Below are positions 10,465 to 19,444 of a stretch of 64,000 nt of DNA, in pieces. The notes under the pieces were generated by a model that ran no database searches, had not been told where the DNA came from, and was given only the letters and a program-made list of their open reading frames with translations. Numbering within the stretch: position 1 is the first letter of the stretch; the number at the start of each line of letters is the position of its first letter. Location: contig CAWIVF010000006.1 in the NCBI GenBank assembly GCA_963839535.1, forward strand, positions 38,256 to 102,255, read 5' to 3'. A program made the translations under genes and the position numbers. The DNA comes from an uncultured Solirubrobacterales bacterium. GTDB taxonomy: Bacteria; Actinomycetota; Thermoleophilia; Solirubrobacterales; 70-9.

Positions 10465-11486
10465 CTACGGAAGCTCGGCACCGCGAGCGGACGCTGACCC
10501 GTCCCGCCAGCCCAGCATCGCCAGGATCAGCGCGCGCGCCCAGACCGCGTAGAGCACGCCCAGGATCGAGTAGAGGCACCAGTCGAGCGTCTTCGAGAGC
10601 GTGCTGCCCTCCGCGGTCCCGAGCAGCACCCAGACGAGGGGGATCGCCAGCGCGACGGCGCCCTGGTGCCGGCCGCTGAAGGCGCGGGGAACCACCAGCA
10701 GGCCGAGGAACGCCATCGCCAGCAGCGCGGCGCCGGGCTGGGGCCAGAAGGTGTAGAGCACCGAGAAGGCCACCGCCACCGCGCCCGCCATCAGCGCCGA
10801 GAGCACGCTCTCCGCGCCGGTCTCGCGCACGTCGCGGCGGCTGAGCGAGACCAGCACGATGGCGATGGTGAAGAGCACCCGCATCGCCGAGGTCAGGTTG
10901 AAGGCGAGGAGCAGCGTGAACGCCGGCAGCATCACCAGCGCCGCGACGGCGGCGTTGCGCGTCCGCTCCAGCGGGTCGCCCGGCGGCGCCGGAGGGGCCG
11001 CCCGGGCGGCGACGCGACGGGCTGGGAACAGCGCGAAGGCAAGGTAGAGGCCGGCGACGGCCAGCACGCCGTTGAGCGCGAACGCCCCGAGAGCGCGCCG
11101 CCGACCTGCTCGGACTCGCCGGTGGCGATCGGGAGCATGATGGCGAAGGTCTGCAGCAGCACGCCGATCAGCGCGGTCTTCGGCACCGCCTGGAGCCGGA
11201 AGGCATGGAAGAGCACGAGGCCGACGAACCCCACCATCAGGTAGGGATACTGGCTCAGCACCCCGGCAATGCCGGCGAAGGCGAGCGGCAGCAGCGCCAG
11301 CAGCAGCGCAAGCACGACGACGACGCCGAACGGCGGCGGCGCCGGCATCTTCAGCGTGAAGGTGGCGAAGAGCATCGCCGCGACGAAGGGCAGCGGCGCC
11401 CCCATCCACACCGCCACCCCGTAGACCAGCGGCGTGACCAGCGCCACGCGCAGCACCTGCTGCGCCTGGCTGGGGTCAATAGACAT
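10465..11486 (-). pseudogene. DUF2955-like (FUSC-related) inner-membrane protein, partner of the adjacent HlyD gene; frame disrupted near 11086-11100
   Basis: The N-terminal half (MSIDPSQAQQVLRVALVTPLVYG...LPIATGESEQVGG) and the C-terminal half (ALGAFALNGVLAVAGLYLAFALFP...) lie in different frames. Length is 3n+2. Overlaps the HlyD gene stop. Confidence 0.65.
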
Positions 11487-12594
11487 AGGAGATCAGCGCC
11501 CGGACGCGAATCAGAAGCTTCCAGAGCGGCCGCAACCAGTCGGCTTCCTCGGTATAGACCATCACCGTCGCCTGCGAGCCCAGCCGCACGTTGGGCGGCC
11601 GCTGGTCAGGCGGATCGAACTGCAGCCGGACGCCGAACCGCTGCGGCTCGGCGAGCCATTGCTGCTGCGGCGGCGTGTCGACCAGCCCGCCCGGGGCCGC
11701 CGTCTGGTTCACCGTCATGATGCCGCCGGCGAACGACACCAGCCGCGCCGGCCAGACCTTCCCGGGGAGCACGTCGAGCGCGACCTCCGCCGCGTCGCCG
11801 ACGTTCATGTTGCCGAGCTGGTTCTCGCGAAAATACCCGATGACCCAGGCGCCCTGCAGGTCGATCATCGTCAGGACCGGCTGCCCGGCGGTGGCGGTCT
11901 CGCCCGGCCCGAGGCTGAAGTTGGTGACCCGGCCGCGCGTCGGTGCGACGACCTGCGTCTGGCTCAGGTCGAACTGCGCCGTCTCCAGCGCCGCCTGCGC
12001 GGCACGCAGCTGCGGGTTGTCGGCGCCCGCCGGACCCAGCGCCTCCTCGGCGCTGCGTAGGTCGGCCTCGGCCGCTGCCACGGTCGCCTCGCCCGAGGTG
12101 ACATCCGCGATCGCCTCGTCGCCCTCCGCCGCCGGCGTCACGCCGCGCGCCACCAGCTCCAGCGTGCGCTCGGCCTGGGCGCGGCTGTTGGTCAGCACCG
12201 CTTCCGCCTCGGCGACCCGCGCCTGCGCGGCGGCGACGTCGGCGGTCGACGCCCCGATGGACTGCCCGACCTGCGCAAGGTCGGCCTCGGCCGCCTCGAC
12301 CGCCAGCCGGAACGGGGTCGGATCGACCTCGAAGAGCAGCGTGCCGGCTTCGACGATCTCGTCGTCGCTGACCGCAACGCGCAGCAGCTCGCCCGACACC
12401 CGCGAGGAGATCGGCAGCACCAGCCCCTCGACCGTGCCGATCGAGGAGACCGGCGCCGTCCGGTCGCTGGCGATCTGCAACGCCAGCAGGAACAGCAGTG
12501 CCGCCGCGACGACGATGGTCCAGCGGCGCACCGGATCGCGCGGAGCCTTGGCTTCTCCGCCGGGAGGGTCGTGAGGATCGGCGCTCTCGGACAT
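11476..12594 (-). CDS. HlyD-family membrane fusion/secretion protein
   Basis: N-terminal TM segment, long Ala/Glu coiled-coil, then a beta-barrel end (VVAPTRGRVTNFSLGPGE...GSQATVMVY). Start set at MSESADPHD (ATG 12594); the longer ORF-track form looks like a non-coding extension. Confidence 0.85.
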   Translation of the reverse strand: MSESADPHDPPGGEAKAPRDPVRRWTIVVAAALLFLLALQIASDRTAPVSSIGTVEGLVLPISSRVSGELLRVAVSDDEIVEAGTLLFEVDPTPFRLAVEAAEADLAQVGQSIGASTADVAAAQARVAEAEAVLTNSRAQAERTLELVARGVTPAAEGDEAIADVTSGEATVAAAEADLRSAEEALGPAGADNPQLRAAQAALETAQFDLSQTQVVAPTRGRVTNFSLGPGETATAGQPVLTMIDLQGAWVIGYFRENQLGNMNVGDAAEVALDVLPGKVWPARLVSFAGGIMTVNQTAAPGGLVDTPPQQQWLAEPQRFGVRLQFDPPDQRPPNVRLGSQATVMVYTEEADWLRPLWKLLIRVRALISYVY

Positions 12595-12877
12595 TTCGAT
12601 CCGCTCGATCGGGACTGTGGGACGGTGACGATCAGGCCGGAAAGGTGACGTGTCAAGCACGGCCCCGATCTCTTGGATAAGCGACCCTGTTTGGTTTTGA
12701 AGCGTCGCCCGGCTGCCGCACCGGCATCCACTCCCGGCCCCGGCCGCCACGCGATCGGCGTCAGGGTTGCGAGTTCGATCGGCAGGAGCTTCACCAGGTT
12801 GGCGACGAAGCGCCGTCGGAAGCCGGTCTCGGGCTCGTCCCGGTAGCGGACGATCTCGCCTCGATGTAAAGGCCGGC

Positions 12878-13297
12878 TCAGCTCGTCCGACGGGCCGGCC
12901 AGGGCAGGGGGGCGACCGGGATGCCGTCCTCGAGCAGCGCGCGCGCCTCGGAGGGGCGGGCCTCGCCGATGATCGCCCGCTCGGGCGCCAGACCGTCGTG
13001 GATGCGCCGGGCCTCGGCCGCGAAATCGCGCCCGACATCGTCGGCGGCGGCCTCGATCCGCCGCCGCAGCTCGGCGAGCGCCTGCTCGGCCGGGGAGGCC
13101 GGGGCGCGCAGGTCCGGAGCCGACGCCGGGGCGGACGACGCCAGGCCCGGGGTCATCAGGTCCTTCTCGATCGCGCTCGAGCCGCAGACCGCGCAGGCGA
13201 CCAGCCCGGCATCGGTCAGCCGGTCGAAGTCGTCGCTCGATCCGAACCAGGAGTCGAAGCGGTGCTCCCGGTCGCAGCGCAGCGCGTAGCGGATCAT
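12878..13297 (-). CDS. DUF1178 family protein
   Basis: MIRYALRCDREHRFDSWFGSSDDFDRLTDAGLVACAVCGSSAIEKDLM is the characteristic DUF1178 N-terminus. It forms the C-terminal part of the 12878..15430 composite ORF. Confidence 0.8.
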   Translation of the reverse strand: MIRYALRCDREHRFDSWFGSSDDFDRLTDAGLVACAVCGSSAIEKDLMTPGLASSAPASAPDLRAPASPAEQALAELRRRIEAAADDVGRDFAAEARRIHDGLAPERAIIGEARPSEARALLEDGIPVAPLPWPARRTS

Positions 13298-13405
13298 CGG
13301 CCTTCCTGTCACATCCGTGCAATCACTGAGATATAGTGCCGGTCCGTGAATGCAATCTATCCTCGCCGGGGAAACGGCGTGAACGCGGAAGGTCGTCGCT
13401 GAGCG

Positions 13406-14707
13406 ATGGGAAGCCGGTATCACCTGGGCCTGGCGGCGCTGGTCGGCCTGCTGCTCGCGGCTGCGGTCGGCCTGCGGCTGCCGCCGGTGCTGGCCTTCGT
13501 CTTCGGCGCGGTCCTCGCCTACCTGGCGCTGGCGCTGGCGCTGGCGCGGTCGCGGGATCCGGCGGACGCCGCGCCGAGCGACGAGCCCGCGCCGATGCCG
13601 AGCGGCTTCGGGCGGGCGCTGATCGAGAAGCTGCCGACGCCGCTCCTGATCGTCAGCCGTACCGGGCGGATCGCCTACGCCAACCCGGCGGCACACGAGG
13701 CGCTGCCGGCGCTGCAGGTCGACGCGCACTACGCCAACGTGCTGCGGGCGCCGGCCTTCGTCGAGGCGGTGGCGGCGACGCTCGCCGACGGTGGCGACCG
13801 GCGGGTCGACTTCACCGCCCATCCGGGCCGCGAGCGCGCCTTCGAGGCGCGGGTGGCGCTGCTGCCGCCCGGCGGCGCCTTCGGCCCCGAGGCATTGGCG
13901 ATCGTGCAGATCGAGGACCGGACCGAGGCGCGGCGTGCCGAGGCGCTGCGCTCGGACTTCGTCGCCAACGCCAGCCACGAGCTCAGGACCCCGCTCGCTG
14001 CGGTGATCGGCTACATCGAGACGCTGCAGCACCACGCCCGCGACGACGCCGAGGCGCGCGAGCGGTTCCTGGCGATCATGGCGCGCGAGGCCGGGCGGAT
14101 GCAGCGGCTGGTCGACGACCTGATGTCGCTCAGCCGGATCGAGATGACCGAGCACCTGCGGCCGGCCGAGGAGTGGTCGCTCGCCGAGATCGCCGCCGAG
14201 AGCGCCACGGTGCTGCTGCCGGTGGCGCTTCAGCAGGGCGTCACCCTGGAGACGGACCTGCCCGAGCCGGGCGAGCGCGTGCTCGGGGACCGCGACCAGC
14301 TGGCGCAGGTCTTCACCAACCTGGTCGACAACGCGATGCGCTACGGCGGCGCCGGCACCACGGTGCGGGTGCGGGCGCTCGGGCCCGACAAGGCGCACCC
14401 GAGCCGGGTCGGCATCGCGGTCGAGGACGACGGCCCGGGCATCGACCGCGAGCACCTGCACCGGCTGACCGAGCGCTTCTACCGGGTCAATCCGGCGTCG
14501 AGCCGCAACAAGGGCGGCACCGGTCTCGGCCTCGCGATCGTCAAGCACATCCTGAACCGGCACCACGGGCGGCTCGAGATCGCCTCGGCGCCGGGGAAGG
14601 GCAGCGTCTTCACCGTCTGGCTGCCGGCGGCGGCAGCGGGCGGGCCGGCCGCGCCGCGGCCGGATGGCGCGGCGGAGACCTCCGCGCCGGATCGGCGTTC
14701 GGCATGA
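13406..14707 (+). CDS. phoR: Phosphate regulon sensor histidine kinase
   Basis: Two N-terminal TM helices, a PAS-like segment, the H-box FVANASHELRTPL, and N/G boxes (NLVDNAMRYG, GGTGLGLAIVKH). Followed by phoU-phoB. Confidence 0.88.
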   Translation: MGSRYHLGLAALVGLLLAAAVGLRLPPVLAFVFGAVLAYLALALALARSRDPADAAPSDEPAPMPSGFGRALIEKLPTPLLIVSRTGRIAYANPAAHEALPALQVDAHYANVLRAPAFVEAVAATLADGGDRRVDFTAHPGRERAFEARVALLPPGGAFGPEALAIVQIEDRTEARRAEALRSDFVANASHELRTPLAAVIGYIETLQHHARDDAEARERFLAIMAREAGRMQRLVDDLMSLSRIEMTEHLRPAEEWSLAEIAAESATVLLPVALQQGVTLETDLPEPGERVLGDRDQLAQVFTNLVDNAMRYGGAGTTVRVRALGPDKAHPSRVGIAVEDDGPGIDREHLHRLTERFYRVNPASSRNKGGTGLGLAIVKHILNRHHGRLEIASAPGKGSVFTVWLPAAAAGGPAAPRPDGAAETSAPDRRSA

Positions 14708-14824
14708 GCGACTTGCGCCGTCATCAAAACGTCTTGATTCTGTAACGATCCGGTCGCCTTGGTGGTTATACTGCGCCGGCAAGCGGGTTGCCGTCGGCCC
14801 GCGCATCGGGAGTTGGTCGCCGCC

Positions 14825-15526
14825 ATGGCGCATATCGTATCGGCCTTCGACGAGGACCTGATCCAGGTCCAGGCGAAGATCTCGGAAATGGGCGGGCTCT
14901 GCGAGGAGCTGCTCGCCGAGTCGCTGGAATCGGTGCAGAACCGCGACCCGGGGATGGCGCGCTCGGTGATCGAGCGCGACAGGCTGCTCGACGCGATGGA
15001 GGCGGCGATCGAGGAGAGCGTGGTGCGGGTGATCGCGCTGCGCCAGCCGGTGGCGGCCGACCTCAGGGTGCTGATCGCCGCGATGAAGATCGCGACGACG
15101 CTCGAGCGTATCGGCGACCTCGCGAAGAACATCGCCAAGCGGGCGATCCCGCTCAGCTCGGCGCGGCCGGTCAAGCTCACCGGCTCGATCGTGCGCATGG
15201 GCCGGCAGACCCTGACCCAGCTTTCGGACGTGCTGAACGCGCATGCCTCGCGCGACGTCGATCTCGCGGTCCAGATCTGGAACCAGGACGTCGAGATCGA
15301 CGAGATGTACAACGCCATCTTCCGCGAGGTGGTGACCTACATGGTCGAGGACAGCCGGCTGATCGGGGTGGGGGCGCAGCTCATGTTCATCGCCAAGAAC
15401 CTCGAGCGGGTCGGAGACCACGCCACGCATCTCTCCGAGATGGTCTACTACATCGTGAAGGGCGAGAGCCTCGGAGACGATCGGCCGAAGGGCGAGCCCA
15501 CCGGGCTCGACGTCGCCGAATCGTAG
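14825..15526 (+). CDS. phoU: Phosphate signalling complex protein PhoU
   Basis: MAHIVSAFDEDL... with duplicated PhoU repeats (ERIGDLAKNIAKRA and ERVGDHATHLSEMV). Start set at the ATG at 14825. Confidence 0.9.
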   Translation: MAHIVSAFDEDLIQVQAKISEMGGLCEELLAESLESVQNRDPGMARSVIERDRLLDAMEAAIEESVVRVIALRQPVAADLRVLIAAMKIATTLERIGDLAKNIAKRAIPLSSARPVKLTGSIVRMGRQTLTQLSDVLNAHASRDVDLAVQIWNQDVEIDEMYNAIFREVVTYMVEDSRLIGVGAQLMFIAKNLERVGDHATHLSEMVYYIVKGESLGDDRPKGEPTGLDVAES

Positions 15527-15549
15527 GAACAGCCAGGAACCGGGAGCCT

Positions 15550-16245
15550 ATGGCCGCAAAGATACTGGTCGTGGAGGACGAGGAGCCGATCAGCCAGCTC
15601 CTCGCCTACAACCTGCAGAAGGAGGGATTCGGCGTCGTCACCGCGGTGGACGGCGACGAGGCGCTGGTCTCGATCGCCGAAGGCAAGCCGGACCTCGTGA
15701 TCCTCGACTGGATGCTGCCCAACGTCTCCGGCATCGAGCTCTGCCGGCAGTTTCGCGCCCGCGCCGACACCCGCGACATTCCGGTCATCATGCTGACCGC
15801 CCGCAGCGAGGAGGAGGACCGGGTCCGCGGCCTCGACGTCGGCGCCGACGACTACGTCACCAAGCCGTTCTCGATGTCCGAGCTCGTGGCCCGGATGCGC
15901 GCGGTGCTGCGCCGTACCGCGCCGGCGGTGGCCGGCGACGTGGCGAGCTTCGCCGACCTCGTGCTCGACCGCGAGCTCTGCCGGGTGCGGCGGGGGAAGC
16001 GCGACGTCCACCTCGGGCCGACCGAGTTCCGGCTGCTCGACGCGCTGATGCAGCGCCCGGGGCGGGTGTTCTCGCGCGAGCAGCTGCTCGACCGGGTCTG
16101 GGGGCAGGACGTCTACGTCGAGATCCGCACGGTCGACGTGCATATCGGGCGGCTGCGCAAGGCGCTCAACCGGCGCGGCGACCGCGATCCGATCCGCACG
16201 GTCCGCTCGAGCGGCTACGCGCTCGACGAGACCTACGCGGGCTGA
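15550..16245 (+). CDS. phoB: Phosphate regulon response regulator (OmpR/PhoB family)
   Basis: MAAKILVVEDEEPI...DLVILDWMLP receiver domain plus a winged-helix end (VDVHIGRLRKAL...IRTVRSSGYAL). Confidence 0.92.
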   Translation: MAAKILVVEDEEPISQLLAYNLQKEGFGVVTAVDGDEALVSIAEGKPDLVILDWMLPNVSGIELCRQFRARADTRDIPVIMLTARSEEEDRVRGLDVGADDYVTKPFSMSELVARMRAVLRRTAPAVAGDVASFADLVLDRELCRVRRGKRDVHLGPTEFRLLDALMQRPGRVFSREQLLDRVWGQDVYVEIRTVDVHIGRLRKALNRRGDRDPIRTVRSSGYALDETYAG

Positions 16246-16501
16246 CCGGGCGGAGCGCAGGCGCCCCGACCTCCTGGGGTGTCCACGCGTGATATTGTCG
16301 CAACTCGCTGAAATCGCTCGATTGCGAGCTCCGGAATTAACCTCCTGTCAGGCCTCCTCCCGCCTCGACGCGGACCCGGAGGGAGCCGCGCCGCGCGCCC
16401 CGAAGGCGGCACGGCGCGGTCGCGTCTCGTACGAAATCCGATTGAGCGACTTAGACCCGCATCCGCGAAGCCCGCTGCCGCAAGGCTCTGGAATTGCCGC
16501 A

Positions 16502-16589
16502 TTAACCGGCGGCAGTCGCTGTAGGTTTCCCGTAGTTTTTCCGTAGTTTTCCTGTAGCTACAAAACCGTCGGCGGAGGGGAAGGTTAAC
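16502..16589. repeat. Copy A of a ~87-bp intergenic element: TTAACC, then three 11-bp iterons, an inverted half-site, then GGTTAA
   Basis: Iterons are gtttcccgtag (16525-16535), tttttccgtag (16536-16546) and ttttcctgtag (16547-16557), followed by ctacaaaacc. The GTAGCTAC palindrome spans the junction. TTAACC lies at 16502 and GGTTAA at 16583. A second copy lies at 34418-34504. Confidence 0.75.
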
Positions 16590-16636
16590 GCGCGTGTCTC
16601 GAAGGACGGGGCCGAGGCCTTCAACCGGAAAGGGCA

Positions 16637-18823
16637 TCACATCGCTTCGAGCGGACCGAGGGCCAGGAAGTGGGTTTCGCCCGAGCTGTCGTCGGTGCCG
16701 TCGTTGTCGGTGACGACGAAGGCGGTGCCGGCGGTATCGATGGCGAAGCCCTCGACCTTGTCGGCGACGTAGCCGCGCGGGACGGCGAGATCGGGCAACA
16801 GGTCGCGCACGGTCTCCTTGGTGACGAGCGGCAGCTCGCCGTCGAGCGGGGCCGGGGCGAGGCCGGCGAGAGACACGCGGGTGATGCGCTTGATGCTCGC
16901 GCTCTCGCCGATCCGGTTGTCGCGCTCGATCAGGTAGAGGTGGTCGCCGTGGGCGGTGATCTCCGAGAGGCCGACCCAGCCGCCTTCGGGGGCGGCGTCG
17001 AGCGGGTAGCGGACGGCGCCCCACTCCTCGGTCTCGGGGTCCCAGGCGAGAAGCTTCACCTGGCCCTTCGGGTCGTCGCCCCATTCGCGCTGGATGGCGA
17101 TCCAGACCTTGCCGTCGGCGACGGTGACGCCCTCGGCGCCGGAACGGGTCTGCTGGCCGAGGAGCGCGGGCGGGTAGCCGATCTCCTCGACGATCTCGCC
17201 GCTCGCGTCGACGCGGATCAGGGCGTGCGGGACGACGGCGCCGGGATCGCCCTCACTCGCCAGCCAGAAGCCGCCCTCGCCGTCGGGAGCGATGCCCTCG
17301 AGGTCGAGCTTCTGCGCCGGGCGGCCGGCGCGGGTCACGTCGATGGCGCGCACGATCCGGGCCGGGGCGGCGGTCGCGTCGATCTCGAAGATGCGCGGCT
17401 GCATGGCGTAGACGCTGTCGCTGACGGCGAAGAGGCGGCCGGGCGTGGCGGGATCGGCGGCGAGGCCGGAGAGGGCGCCCCAGCCGAGCGGCGTGTCCGG
17501 GCCGTCGGCGACGATCGACGGATAGGCCGGGGCCTCGCGCTCCGCGAGCGCGTAGATCATGACGTGGGCGCGGGCGAGGCCGTCCTCGACGAGGTCGACC
17601 TCGTTGGCGGTGGCGAGCAGGCCGCGCGACGGGATCGCCGTCACCCCCTCGGGCGAGACGCCGGAGGGCAGGAGCTGGTGCAGCACCGGGGTGCCGTCCT
17701 CGATCCGGTGGACGCCGACGACCGAGCCGCGCTCGGAGAGCACGAAGAGATAGTCGGTGTCGCCGAAGCGCGCCGCCTCCATGCCCTCGGGCTCGACGCC
17801 CTTGGCGTCGGAGCGGCCCTCGGGATAGTGGCCGATGGCGGCGACGGCGTGCTCGAAGGCCGGGCCGCTCTCGAAGGCGACGCTGCCGTCGCGGCCGAAG
17901 ATTGTGAAGCTGCGGCTGCCGCCCTGCCAGTCGCCCTCGTTGGCGGTGGCGAGCCGGTCGGTGCCGAGCCACTGCACCGCGTCGGGCTCGCGCGGGACGC
18001 CGGTGGTGCTCCCGGTGAAGTCGAGCGCGCCGTCGTCGGTCAGGTCGACGCCCTCGAGGTCGACGGCGCCGGCGGAGAAGTGCGCGAGCACGCTGCCGTC
18101 GCGGCCGACGATGACGACGTGGTTGTTCTCCTGAAGGGTCACGGCGATCTCGCCGTCGGCGTTCACGTCGACGAACTCGGGCTCGGGATCGTCCGGCGCG
18201 ACCTCGGCGAGGCCGGTCAGGTCGGCGCGGACGATGGCGTCGCACCGCATGGCGCCGTCGGCGAGCGGGACGATCGCCAGCCAGCCGGCGGGGAGCTGCG
18301 GGAGGGCGCCGTCGTTCACCTCCTCGTCGCGCTCGTTCTCGATCGCCACCGCGACGAAGCTGCCGTCGGGGGCGAGCGCGGTCGAGTTGGGCTGGCCGCC
18401 GAGGTCGCAGGAGCCGGTCTCGGCGCGGGTCGCGAGGTCGACGGCGGCGAGGCGGCCGGAGGGTTCGGTGAAGCTCGCGCGGGTGTTGACGGCGACGAAG
18501 GCGGTGTCGTTAAGGATCGACACGGCGGTCGGCTCGCCGTCGAAGGCGAGGCTGCCAAGCGCGGCCGGGGCGGCGGGGTCGGCGATGTCGATGAAGCCGA
18601 CCGCCTGGTTCGGGCTGTCGGTATAGACGAGCGTCATGCCGTCGCCGCTCGCCGCGACGATCTCGGCCGAGGTCGGCGTCGCCGGGTCGCTGCCCGCGGG
18701 CAGGTTGCGCGCGACCGGGAAGGAGGCGAGGCGGTCGAAGAAGGGCGCGGCCGCCGCCGGCATCGCGGCGGCGAGCGCGGCGGTCGAGGCGAGCAGGGCG
18801 GCTGGGAATCGCAGTTGCGGCAT
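16637..18823 (-). CDS. Secreted phytase-like esterase / putative alkaline phosphatase (beta-propeller type)
   Basis: 728 aa from MPQLRFPAALLASTAALAAAMPAAAAP (signal peptide). The repetitive propeller-like sequence and the C-terminal ...KVEGFAIDTAGTAFVVTDNDG are typical of proteins annotated 'esterase-like activity of phytase'. A Pho box lies upstream. Confidence 0.7.
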   Translation of the reverse strand: MPQLRFPAALLASTAALAAAMPAAAAPFFDRLASFPVARNLPAGSDPATPTSAEIVAASGDGMTLVYTDSPNQAVGFIDIADPAAPAALGSLAFDGEPTAVSILNDTAFVAVNTRASFTEPSGRLAAVDLATRAETGSCDLGGQPNSTALAPDGSFVAVAIENERDEEVNDGALPQLPAGWLAIVPLADGAMRCDAIVRADLTGLAEVAPDDPEPEFVDVNADGEIAVTLQENNHVVIVGRDGSVLAHFSAGAVDLEGVDLTDDGALDFTGSTTGVPREPDAVQWLGTDRLATANEGDWQGGSRSFTIFGRDGSVAFESGPAFEHAVAAIGHYPEGRSDAKGVEPEGMEAARFGDTDYLFVLSERGSVVGVHRIEDGTPVLHQLLPSGVSPEGVTAIPSRGLLATANEVDLVEDGLARAHVMIYALAEREAPAYPSIVADGPDTPLGWGALSGLAADPATPGRLFAVSDSVYAMQPRIFEIDATAAPARIVRAIDVTRAGRPAQKLDLEGIAPDGEGGFWLASEGDPGAVVPHALIRVDASGEIVEEIGYPPALLGQQTRSGAEGVTVADGKVWIAIQREWGDDPKGQVKLLAWDPETEEWGAVRYPLDAAPEGGWVGLSEITAHGDHLYLIERDNRIGESASIKRITRVSLAGLAPAPLDGELPLVTKETVRDLLPDLAVPRGYVADKVEGFAIDTAGTAFVVTDNDGTDDSSGETHFLALGPLEAM

Positions 18824-18866
18824 GAGGGGCTCCCTTGGGTGTCCGCCTGCTTCATCGGCCCGGCGC

Positions 18867-18884
18867 GTGACGGCTCGGTGACGG
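18867..18884 (-). promoter_or_regulatory. Pho box (PhoB binding site) for the phytase-like gene
   Basis: Plus strand reads GTGACGG-ctcg-GTGACGG, i.e. CCGTCAC-N4-CCGTCAC on the gene strand. These are two 7-bp direct repeats with 11-bp periodicity, each matching 6/7 of the CTGTCAC/T half-site. Located 44-61 nt upstream of the start codon. Confidence 0.6.
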
Positions 18885-18973
18885 ATTCGAGGCGTTTGGA
18901 TGACGCCCTCGCGGACACGCGGCGGCGATTGCGGTTGACGCCGGCATCGGGGCGCATTTCGGTGGCCGTGGCG

Positions 18974-19444
18974 ATGGGCGAGCAGGCGACAGTCGAGGCG
19001 GCGCTCGTCCTGCGGCCGGCGCGGCCGCAGGACGCGGCCGCCTGCGCCGCGATCTTCGACGCCTGGGTCGACGCCACCGACTGGATGCCGCGCCTGCATC
19101 CGCCCGCGGCGGTCGAGCGGCACTTCCGCGAGACGGTGCTGGCGACGAGGGCGGTGACGGTGGCGGAGCGGGAGGGCAGGGTGGTCGGGTTTCTCGCGCG
19201 CGCCGGCGGGCATGTCGACGGGCTCTACCTGGCGGCCGAGGCGCGGCGGCAGCGGGTCGGCACCGCGCTGGTCGCGGGCGCGAAGGCGGCGAGCCCGGAC
19301 GGGCTGACGCTCTGGACCTTCGCGGCCAATGCCGCGGCGCGGGCGTTCTACGCGCGGCAGGGGTTCGTCGAGCTGCGGGAGACCGCGGGCGACGGCGAGG
19401 CGGGCCTGCCCGACATCCTGATGGTCTGGCCGGGGGCGTGGTGA
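18974..19444 (+). CDS. GNAT-family N-acetyltransferase
   Basis: 156 aa. RVVGFLARAGGHVDGLYLAAEARRQRVGTALV...ARAFYARQGF matches GNAT motifs A/B. Its stop overlaps the GTG of the next gene (GTGA). Confidence 0.8.
   Translation: MGEQATVEAALVLRPARPQDAAACAAIFDAWVDATDWMPRLHPPAAVERHFRETVLATRAVTVAEREGRVVGFLARAGGHVDGLYLAAEARRQRVGTALVAGAKAASPDGLTLWTFAANAAARAFYARQGFVELRETAGDGEAGLPDILMVWPGAW

Noticed and set aside
12595-12877. A possible small gene or gene remnant (…GEIVRYRDEPETGFRRRFVANLVKLLPIELATLTPIAW…) and a TTGACA -35-like box in the HlyD upstream region.
   Set aside because: The frame has no convincing start, and I recognise no family. The promoter assignment rests on a single hexamer with a poor -10. 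The support is too weak to annotate.
16525-16567. Whether the 11-bp tandem repeats (here, at 30510-30548 and at 34441-34483) could be CRISPR arrays.
   Set aside because: The units are 11 bp, head to tail with no spacers, and only 3-4 copies long. No cas genes are present in the window.
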